From an uncultured delta proteobacterium (lineage in GTDB: Bacteria; Desulfobacterota; Binatia; UBA9968), in contig CAWDPO010000004.1 in NCBI GenBank assembly GCA_963804165.1, positions 128,001 to 192,000 of the forward strand: a stretch of 64,000 nucleotides of DNA. Direction: 5' to 3'. A program made the translations under genes and the position numbers. Each line of letters begins with the position of its first letter. Within the stretch, counting starts at the first letter, position 1. Below, piece by piece: positions 43,424 through 52,345 of this stretch. The notes below the pieces were generated by a model that was given only the letters and a program-made list of their open reading frames with translations, was not told where the DNA came from and made no database searches.

Positions 43424-44961
43424 GCACCGACTTCCCGACCACCGCCGAGATCACCGCCGACGTCGCTGCGGGCCCTGAAGGCCACCGGCGTCGACACCGA
43501 CGCGATCGCCGGCGACACCGAGGTCCGCACCCCGATCACCGGCGAGGTGATCTTCTCGGTGCGCAGCCACACCGGCGACGACGTCGACGCCGCGATCGCC
43601 GCGGCCGCCGAGGCGTTCACCGCCTGGCGGGAGGTGCCGGCACCCGGTGCGCGGCCAGCTGGTCAAGCGCTGGGGTGAGCTGCTGACCGAGCACAAGGAG
43701 GATCTGGCCACGCTGGTCACCGCCGAGGTCGGCAAGATCACCTCCGAGGCGCTCGGCGAGGTGCAGGAGATGATCGACATCACCGACCTCGCGGTCGGCC
43801 AGTCCCGCCAGCTGTTCGGCAAGACCATGCCGTCGGAGCGGCCGGGTCACCGGCTGATGGAGACCTGGCACCCGCTGGGCGTGGTCGGCATCATCTCCGC
43901 CTTCAACTTCCCGGTGGCGGTCTACGCCTGGAACACCGCGCTCGCCCTGGTCGCCGGCGACACCGTGGTCTGGAAGCCGGCGGAGGCGACCCCGCTGTCG
44001 GCGCTGGCCACCGACGCCCTGCTCGCCCGGGCCGCCGAGGACGTCGGGGCGCCGGCCGGGGTGCACCACCTCGTGCTCGGTGATCGCGACGTCGGCGAGC
44101 GGCTGGTGGAGGACCCGCGCGGTCGCCCTGGTCTCGGCGACCGGCTCGGTCCGGATGGGTCGCGAGATCGCTCCGCTGATCGCGGCCCGCTTCGGGCGCG
44201 CGCTGCTCGAGCTGGGCGGCAACAACGCCGCCGTCGTCACCCCGAGCGCCGACCTCGACCTGGCCCTGCGCGGCGATCGTCTTCGCCGCGGCCGGCACCG
44301 CCGGGCAGCGCTGCACCAGCCTGCGCCGGCTGATCGTGCACCGTTCGGTCGACGACCAGCTGGTGCCGCGGATCGTCGACGCGTACGGCACCCTCGACAT
44401 CGGCAGCCCCACCGCCGACGGCAGTGCTGGTCGGCCCGCTGATCAACCGGGCGCAGCTTCGAGGCCCAGCAGGCCGCCCTGGCGCGCGGCCGTCGAGGAG
44501 GGCGGCGAGGTGCTGTGCGGCGGCGACCGGGTGCTGGCCGATGAGCAGCCGGACGCCTTCTACGTGCAGCCGGCCGTGGTCGCGGATGCCGGCCCAGTCC
44601 GAGGTCGTGCAGGAGGAGACCTTCGCCCCGATCCTGTACGTGCTGACCTACGACGACGCTCGACGAGGCCATCGCGCTGCAACAACGCGCGTGCCGCAGG
44701 GCCTCTCCTCGGCGATCTTCACCAGCGACCAGGCCGAGGCCGAGCGGTTCATCGTCGGCCGGCGGCTCGGACTGCGGCATCGTCAACGTCAACATCGGCA
44801 CCTCGGGCGCGGAGATCGGCGGCGCGTTCGGCGGCGAGAAGGAGACCGGCGGCGGTCGCGAGTCCGGCGCGGACTCGTGGAAGGCGTACATGCGCCAGGC
44901 CACCAACACGGTCAACTACTCCGGTCAGCTGCCGCTCGCCCAGGGCGTCGAGTTCATCTAG
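43420..44961 (+). CDS. amaB: L-piperideine-6-carboxylate/2-aminoadipate semialdehyde dehydrogenase (ALDH7; frameshifted)
   Basis: [69 protein letters not shown]. Confidence 0.88.
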
Positions 44962-45065
44962 CCCGTCCAGCTCGGAGTCGATCGTCTGACCATCGGTAGT
45001 GAGCGCGGGCGGGCCGGAACGACGGTCCAGACCACGACTCGACAGCGACGAAATACATTGGGTCA

Positions 45066-46791
45066 GTGCCCGAACGCCGCCCGCGGGAGCCCGATCACCC
45101 AGGGCCGGGGGCGGAGCCGGCTCCGGCGCTGACCGAGTGGTTGTTGTCCAAGGCCGAGCGGGCCAACCCACAGACCGTGCTCGACGACCCACATCCTGGT
45201 CAGCAGGCGTGGTCGGTCGGCAATCACGTACGGCCGCTGGTCCACGGCGCGACCTACTTCGCCGAGCTGCAGGAGCGCATCGAGGAGACGCGGTCGGGCG
45301 ATCTGATCATGTTCACCGACTGGCGCGGCGACCCGGACGAGCAGCTCACCGACGATCCGGAATCGACCATGGTTCAGCTGCTCGGTGCGGCCGATCGTCG
45401 TGGGGTGGACGTCCGCGGCCTGATCTGGCGCTCGCACTGGGACAAGCTCTCCTTCTCCGGCGCAGGAGAACCGGCAGACCGGTGAGCAGCTGCAGGCCGA
45501 AGGCGCGGAGGCGCTGCTGGACATGCGGGTGCGTACCGGTGGTTCGCATCACCAGAAGCTCGTGGTGATCCGCTACGCCGGCCGACCGGAGCGCGACATC
45601 GCGTTCGTCGGCGGCATCGACCTGTGCCACTCGCGGCGCGACGATGCGCGGCACCTCGGTGACCCGCAGGCGCAGTCGATGGCGGCGGCCTACGGTGAGC
45701 ATCCCGCGTGGCACGACATCCAGGCCGCCATCTCCGGACCGGCCGTGCTACGACGTCGAGACGGTGTTCCGGGAGCGCTGGACGGATCCGACGCCGCTGA
45801 GCCGGAGCCCGATCCGGCGGCTGCGCGACCGCTTGGCCGGAAATGACCTTCGGCCCGATCCGTTGCCGCCGCAAGCACCGCCGCCGGCCACCGGTGCCCG
45901 GCGGTACGCACCTGGTCCAGCTGCTGCGGACCTATCCGAACCTTCGACACGGTCGCGACTACCCGTTCGCCCGCGGTGGCGAGCGGAGTGTGGCGCGGGG
46001 CTACACCAAAGCACTCGAGCGGGCCGAACGACTCATCTACGTCGAGGACCAGTACCTGTGGTCGACCGAGGTCGCCGAGACGTTCGCCGACGCCCTGCGC
46101 GCCAAGCCCGAGCTGAGGGTGATCGCCGTGCTGCCGCATCTGCCCGACCAGTCCGCGCGGCTGTCTCGCGTGCCTCAGGAGCTGGGTCGACACGACGCCA
46201 TGGCCCAGCTGCTGCAGGCCGGTCCCGGCGAGGGTGGCCTTCTACGGCATCGAGAACCACCGCGGGCTGCCCGTGTACGTGCACGCCAAGGTCTGCGTGA
46301 TCGACGACTGGTGGGCGACCATCGGCTCGGACAACTTCAACCGGCGGTCCTGGACCCACGACTCGGAGCTGTCCGCGGTCGTCCTCGACACCGAGGGCGG
46401 CGACCACAGCGCCTATGCCCGCCGGCTGCGTCTCACCCTCGGCCGCCGAGCACCTGGATCGCGAGCTCGGACCGGACGCCTATCCCGGTGACATCTCGGC
46501 TCTCGAGCCCGGCCGGACGCCCCAGGACTGCTCGACGACCGCTGCTGCTGCGAGGTGATGGCCGACTGCGTCGACCCGCACGACATGTTCGACGCCTTCG
46601 CCTCCTCCGCTGCCGCGCTGCAGGCGTGGCACGACGACGGGCGTCAGGGCGAGCGGCCTCCCGGCCGGCTACGACCGCTTCGCCGACTGCACCTGTCGCC
46701 GGCCACGCGAGCCTGGGCCGGGCCGCTGTACCGCGTGATCCACGACCCCGACGGGCGGCCCAGGGCGCTGCGCCGACAGCACGCGTTCTGA
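45066..46791 (+). CDS. phospholipase D-family protein (frameshifted)
   Basis: Two HxK motifs (SHHQKLVVI, YVHAKVCVIDD..IGSDN), FVGGIDL, WHDI, YVEDQY. Confidence 0.85.
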
Positions 46792-46827
46792 GGATCAGGC
46801 ATCCGCCGTGGCTAGGCGCTCCACTAT

Positions 46828-46976
46828 TGGAGCGGGTGACGGGGACCTTAACTGGCATGGCCAGCTTGGAAGACTGCGGTCGTGAGTCGTGTTGACCCAA
46901 GTCAGTCGGCAGGGCGCGCTCGTAGCGGCCGTGATGACCGGTTTCCGCCACCCCTCTGGCCCGTTGGTGGCTCATC
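46828..46976 (-). repeat. degenerate tRNA-Gly(TCC) 3'-half plus conserved flank (att-like scar, copy 1)
   Basis: TGGAGCGGGTGACGGGGACC...GGCATGGCCAGCTTGGAAGACTG is the reverse complement of an anticodon arm (CTTCCAA) through CCA; homologous to 48140-48292. Confidence 0.7.
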
Positions 46977-47256
46977 TGCTTGGCCGCCAACGCATTGCAG
47001 GCTGCCGCGCTGTCCAACACAGCCGGCAATTGCCATCGGCTCGTCCTCAGACGCGTGACCTGTTCGGGCAGTGCTCCCCGGAACGGCCATGGGACTGATG
47101 CAGCCACAGCCGTCACTTTGCAAGTCGTGGATCGCTCGTAGAGTGCCGGCATCGACCTGATGTCTGCCTCATTGCGGTCACGGATGCTGTCAACCTCGTG
47201 GTCAGGTACGGACACCTCTAGGCGGGGCGATCTACGCCGGCGCGGATTGCAGCTTC

Positions 47257-47520
47257 TCAGGGTGTGACGATCGGAAGCTCTGATCTGGGTGTGTCCAGCA
47301 GGGCGAGGAGTCGTCCGAGGACGTCGGCGTCTCCGTGGTGGTCGATGCCGTCGAGACCGTGGCCGGCCGAGGCTCGTGGGCCGTCGACGCGAATCGCGAG
47401 TGTGTCGAGCAGCTGATCGACGGTCAGCGCGGCCGGCATGCCCGCGCCGGGGTCGAGCTCAGGTGCGCTGGGCCCGCGGCGCAGCTCGTAGGGTCCGCTC
47501 AGTAGAAGAGCGCCAGGTGG
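47257..47520 (-). pseudogene. remnant of an alkyl-sulfatase C-terminal region with internal deletion
   Basis: ALTVDQLLDTLAIRVDGPRA joined to GDADVLGRLLALLDTP..PIVTP*; both resemble SdsA/BDS1-type C-termini. Confidence 0.55.
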
Positions 47521-47587
47521 CGCTCTCGGAGCCGAAGGGTGCACACAGCTGGGTCAAGAAGCACTTCGAAGAATTCGAAGCGGAAGT

Positions 47588-47665
47588 GCGAGGACCGGCC
47601 CGCAGCCAGCGCTGGCGAGCCAGGACACGGACCGCAGCGCATGGCGAGCGCACGAGCTGTCTTGA
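47588..47665 (+). repeat. ~77-bp direct repeat, copy A (possible rolling-circle/AICE origin-like element)
   Basis: GCGAGGACCGGCCCGCAGC..AGGACACGGACCGCAGCGC..GGCGAGCGCA..GTCTTGA shared with 54314-54389. Confidence 0.75.
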
Positions 47666-47854
47666 GTGAGTCGAGCGGGATTCGCTTCGACCTCAGCGCA
47701 GTCATCGAGGTGAGTGCTTGCCAACTCTTGGGCATGCTCTGCGGCTTCGCTGAGCTTCGGTCAATGTCGAACCGGCATTGTTCATTGTGTCGGGCAGGGG
47801 GCTCCGCGATGTTGCGCATCGAGCGCGAATCGGATCCTGCCAGGAGGAAACCCA

Positions 47855-48052
47855 ATGACCATCGACATGAAGCGAATGAGCATCGACCTGAAGCATCGGG
47901 AACCCCACGGTCCGGATTCATCCGGGAGCAGCGACACTCAGCTTCGGGCCGCCAAGGCCATAACCAGGGATTTTATTTTGGCCCGAACCGCACTGGCACT
48001 CGGTGCCGGATGGCTCGGCCTGATCTCCGGCCTTCTGATCGGACGATGGTGA
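47855..48052 (+). CDS. small hypothetical membrane protein
   Basis: AGGAGG RBS before ATG; C-terminal hydrophobic helix ALALGAGWLGLISGLLIG. Confidence 0.4.
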   Translation: MTIDMKRMSIDLKHREPHGPDSSGSSDTQLRAAKAITRDFILARTALALGAGWLGLISGLLIGRW

Positions 48053-48139
48053 CCGAACGCCGCCCTGGTGTACCTCGACATCCAACGTCGAGGGTTGGTG
48101 GCATAAGGTAGACAGGCCCTTGACTAGCGCCTTTCGCTG

Positions 48140-48292
48140 TGGAGCGGGTGGACCGGGATCGAAGCCGGCATGGCCAGCTTGGAAGGCTGCGGTCGCGGTC
48201 CGTACGAGCTCAAGATCAGGCAGCGAGATGTGCTCGTGGCGCACCGTGATTGACCGGTCCTCACCGCGCTTAATGGCCCGTTAATGGCCCAT
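48140..48292 (-). repeat. tRNA-Gly(TCC) 3'-half plus flank with tandem TTAATGGCCC (att-like scar, copy 2)
   Basis: Minus strand CAGC-CTTCCAA-GCTG-GCCAT-GCCGG-CTTCGATC-CCGGT-CCACCCGC-T-CCA; D-arm and 5' acceptor strand absent. Confidence 0.8.
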
Positions 48293-48378
48293 GCCCTTGG
48301 TCTCCGGTGACCGCGGCTGTTGTGAGACGTGTTGCCTGTGGGCCGACACTACCGAGTAGGGCCATCAGAGGCTCTTTG

Positions 48379-48537
48379 TCACTCCCGGGAGTCCACCCAC
48401 TCCACCTCGCGTGACAGAGACCCACTCAGTCTGGCGTTGGCCCACTCGACTTTGATGGCGTCGAAGTTGCTGTTGCTGACCGCGATGACTACGCCGTACT
48501 CCTCGTCTCGCCGCACGACCGCGCCTACGTTTGCCAT
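48379..48537 (-). CDS. small hypothetical protein (52 aa, beta-rich)
   Basis: Manual ORF MANVGAVVRRDEEYGVVIAVSNSNFDAIKVEWANARLSGSLSREVEWVDSRE*, below the ORF-track cutoff. Confidence 0.4.
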   Translation of the reverse strand: MANVGAVVRRDEEYGVVIAVSNSNFDAIKVEWANARLSGSLSREVEWVDSRE

Positions 48538-48618
48538 GAGGCGATCCTAAGGGCGCAGATCCTCGTGGGGGCTTGCCGTCAGGACAACAATCGCTTGAAG
48601 TAACCAGGCCGCGCGTTC

Positions 48619-48667
48619 GAGTTGACCGTCGGACTCGAGACCAACCGCCTGCCTACAAGGAGGATGC
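48619..48667 (-). repeat. degenerate tRNA-Thr(TGT)-like 3'-half scar
   Basis: Minus strand CCTC-CTTGTAG-GCAGG-CGGTT-GGTC-TCGAGT-CCGAC-GGTCAACT resembles anticodon loop, T-arm and acceptor 3' strand. Confidence 0.5.
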
Positions 48668-49575
48668 GGGGTTGGATTGTGGCGCCCGGTGAGCCTACAG
48701 CGAGGTGCCTGATGGAGGTTCCGGACTGCTCGTAAGTGGGGTCAGTTTGGGGTCAGAATGGCGTCAGTAGTGGCGCCGATGTGATGCTGATTGACCGCTT
48801 CCGTGTCAGGGAGGCGCGCGCTCACAGATCTACCCCACAGTTTTACATTTGGCCGCCGACGACCCCCAGTTCGGCGGAGTGCGGGGTGATTGGCTGACAG
48901 TCCTATCTGTCCAGGGTGGCGGTGGTTGCGACGCCCTACGCACGCTCGACGCGGTCCATCAGGTGCCAAAGTTTAGCGCGGCCCGGATCGGCCGCGGCAG
49001 TTACTTCAACAGCGCCGACGAGCCTTTCGCCTACTCAGAGATTCGAGTCATGCATCGATGGCGACGGGTTGTCGTCGTGGACTTTCACCCGGGCACCCGC
49101 CAGAACCGCTTCCAAGCGGTTAACCCACAACTCATCTGGCTTAGCGGTAGTCGCCAACTTGCAACCTCGCTGCTGGACGGTCTGGCGTGGGTCTACGCAC
49201 TACGAGCCGCTCGGGAGTCGTCCTCCCGGGCCTCGCTGAGCGTGAATCTGTCCAGCAGCGGACGACCCAGACCCGCCGAGTAAGCGTCGTTGGCTGCCGC
49301 TCTGGCTGCCACACCGGCAAACTGCGAAAGTCTCGACGGGGGCGTGACGCTGGATTCACAAACACTCCGAGGTTGGAGTCAGTCCCCTCAGGTCGACCTG
49401 CTTGGTCCACGTTCCGGTCGTTCGCACCCGGACATGTCCGCGCCGAACCCTACCACTACGAGGACGGATCGGCCTGCGTCAGGGTGCCACCCTGGCGCTT
49501 ACCGGCTGTTGTGGCTATTGATCGCCATGTGGTGCGGACGCTTTGAGACCATGGACGGCGACTGATATCCATTCA

Positions 49576-50906
49576 CTACAGGCCTTTCGGATCAGCGGCC
49601 TCAACCTCTTCGACTGAAGGATGAATGACAATCAGTTCGGGTTGAGTGAGCTCACTTACGCCATCTGCTCCGTCAACTGGCTCCTTGGTCGCCGAGTTGT
49701 CGTCGGATGATGACGCGGCCACGTCACCTACTTCAGGTAGCGCCTCGCCGTCCGCGGGTGACGCAGCGGAAGAGTCTAAGGGAAGGTCGATGCGGTCCTG
49801 TTCATTCTTAGGTTCTCGAACTTCCTTGGACGGATCCATAATCATTTCTCTTGCGAGCACACGAAAACTTGGGCTCAACTTGGCGCTCGAAGCCAAATAC
49901 TGGATGACGTCAAGCAATAGTTTAGCGGATACAACGTCATAATCTTCGCCAAAAGCCGTTAGAATGGATGGCCGCCGACCCCATATAAGGCTTGCGATTG
50001 CCACTTCACAATAGCGCATTCCGTCAACAATACTCCGCTGCCTAACGAATAGTCGCGCGAATGTTTCTGCGAGTGGATCAAAATATTCAGGGGTCAAATT
50101 GGTATCCAGATGCGGCGATAGGCGCCGGGTTGCACTCAGCCGCGCCTCTTTCTCGCGTATTTCGATCTGTCCACCGAGGAAATACTCGCGAAGAGTATTG
50201 TAGACCTGAGACGTCTTGGTCCTCCTAACGTACTCGGCGGCGCGCGCTAGAGTAAGGAGGTAGATCCATGTGCAGTCGAAAAGCATGGCGACATGCACTG
50301 GATTCTTGCTGTCGAGAGTCGGCGCGGCAGACCTTGAAGATGGACCACCATCTGAGCGAGATTACGCTCGGAACTGTAGATCCAGTTGTCATAACGAAGG
50401 TAGTCGCTCAGCGGGCCGAGTCGACTGTCGAGGCCAGTGAACGCCTGCTTTGTCTTTTCTGCTGTCGAGGCCTCAAACAAGCGGGTAACGGGAGCACTTG
50501 GCGCCCCCACGCTAGTCATCGCGAGTAACACTTCTAGGTCCTGCCGAGTGAGCACACCCAAACGCAATTTGCCGGCAAGCTGGCGTGACGCTTCAGTAAC
50601 TTCACTTTCCCGAAGCATCCACGCGTCGTCAACGTCGAAGAAGTCCGCAACGCCCCTTAGCCAGAAGACACGCTCAGTGGTCCTGTTGCTACTCGACTTG
50701 CAGTCGAATACCTGGCTGGTCACTCGCCCACTTGAGGCAAGCTCAATCGAGAGAAGATCTAAATCCGTATACTCTTGGAACTGGGACTTCCCTGGCCGCC
50801 TCTCGACGTATGCTCGAAGAGGCACGTTCAGGCGCGTCGCCGAACCTTGAGGATTCCAAGCAAGTCGTCGCGCAGCCAGTTTTAAGTCTAGGTCTTTCTC
50901 GCTCAC
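49576..50906 (-). CDS. PD-(D/E)XK restriction-endonuclease-like protein (~440 aa, one frameshift near 50300)
   Basis: EYTDLDLL...VFDCKS motif, helical C-terminal half, acidic low-complexity tail; ORFs 50247-50906 and 49576-50298 abut. Confidence 0.65.
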
Positions 50907-52162
50907 AGTTCCCCCGCCCCATTAACACCTCGAACGCGACACCCAACTCCTTTTCGGGAATTATAGCGCGGACCCTGGTGCGAGCCGAAGCTTGGAGTGG
51001 GCGCAGAGCTCGAGCGTCGAGGTCGAGTAGTGCTTTCACGTCGGATCCGGCCTCTCGTGCGGTAGCAACCTCCTCACCGGAAATAAGGCTAATGGCAATC
51101 TGCATCGCCTCATCATTCTCGGGTGTATGGATGAAACTCAGCCGGAACCCAACTACCTCCTGGATATGAGTCAGGTAAGAATCGAATGATCCCAAGATCA
51201 CGGAGAAGCTTATATTGCCGCGCATGGGAAGAGTGTGCGTTTAGTGCTTCGCGACTAAATAGAGCGTTAAGCACTGTGGCAGCGTCTCTTGCTGATGTTG
51301 CCCCACCAAAATGCTAGCATCGACGCAAGCAACGATAGCGAGCGCCTTATCCAGTATCACCTTCCGATCACGGGTCAATGACGCGTCAAGCATGTAGGGC
51401 AATGCGGCAAATGTTCGAAGCGATCCTCCGGGCAGCAATACCCCGGGCGCGGAAATGAGCCCCTTCTTCACTGCGTCTGCAAGCACCAAGTCTGTCTCCG
51501 GGTCCACCGGCAGTCCTTGGTATGCGGCAACCTTATCGAATGCCTGGGCCAGAACCTCAGGGCCATGATTCATCATGATCTCGCGGACAGTCGCTGGATT
51601 CTCAAAAGCAGTATAAGGGGAGTACAACAATGTCCCATTCGACGTCTCGGCAGTGCGAAAGATCGACGCATCGACGCCCAATCTGTAAAGACGGTCAATG
51701 TCTGAAGCATCCACACCAAGATCGCTCTCAAGCGTTTCCTAGGGCAACCGGTCCACGAGCTAACCGGTCAACCACTGCGACAAGCTCCTCCTCAATTTGC
51801 CTTGGATTTCTCGCCTTCCAGGCTGCCCCATCGGCATACAGATCGCGAAATATTGGTACATTTTCAATAATTCGTGAGATCTCACCTTGATTCCGATCCA
51901 CTTCGACCATTTCAGCCGCTTCGAGAATGTCAATAACGCTGGTAAAGGCCAGAGATGGAATATCGAGAGTCTCACTGGAAACGATCTGCAACGCGTCTAT
52001 ATTGCTGATGACGTTGCGGCCCCGGATGAGGCTAGCGAGGTCAGCAGCCATGCCAACCATCTGAGTGGTTTTTACAAGGTGCAGCTGACTAGACGCCTGG
52101 TCCACTTCGCGGAGACCCAGAGTGACGTCCTGGCATCGCAATCCCGTGCTGAAGTCTTCCAT
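50903..52162 (-). CDS. uncharacterised ~420-aa protein (frameshifted), translationally coupled to the nuclease gene
   Basis: ORFs 51728-52162, 51241-51714 and part of 50743-51225 tile continuously; GGGGAG RBS; end overlaps the nuclease GTG start. Confidence 0.65.
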
Positions 52163-52345
52163 GCGGCTCCCCTGTGCGGCCGAACCGTCGGCGTCGGTTC
52201 GGTCGGACGACGTACGATACAGCGAGGGTGTTAGCCGCCCAAGTTCGGGCTGGCAGTTGGGTCTTTATGTCAGGAGAAGTACTCGTCGGGTGTGTTTCGC
52301 AGCGGGCGATGCCAGCGCGTGAGTCGGTTGTGAACATCACAACGC

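Noticed and set aside
38650-44915. Long antisense ORFs (for example 38650-40380, 39131-40921, 43617-44915)
   Set aside because: These are shadow ORFs of high-GC coding sequence on the opposite strand, with no independent motifs apart from the LLM gene start inside 38650-40380.
46828-48195. Functional tRNA-Gly genes
   Set aside because: The D-arm and 5' acceptor strand are missing in both copies, so they are reported as scars only.
49103-49120. Hairpin AACCGCTTCCAAGCGGTT as another tRNA-Gly anticodon arm
   Set aside because: The loop size is not the canonical 7 nt and there is no T-arm or CCA nearby.
52178-52238. Integron attC-like site (minus strand GGCTAAC...GTTCGGC just before the RBS/ATG)
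   Set aside because: Arm complementarity is poor, the GTTCGG is explained by a local hairpin (CCGAACCG/CGGTTCGG), there is no second attC or intI, and integrons are rare in actinobacteria.
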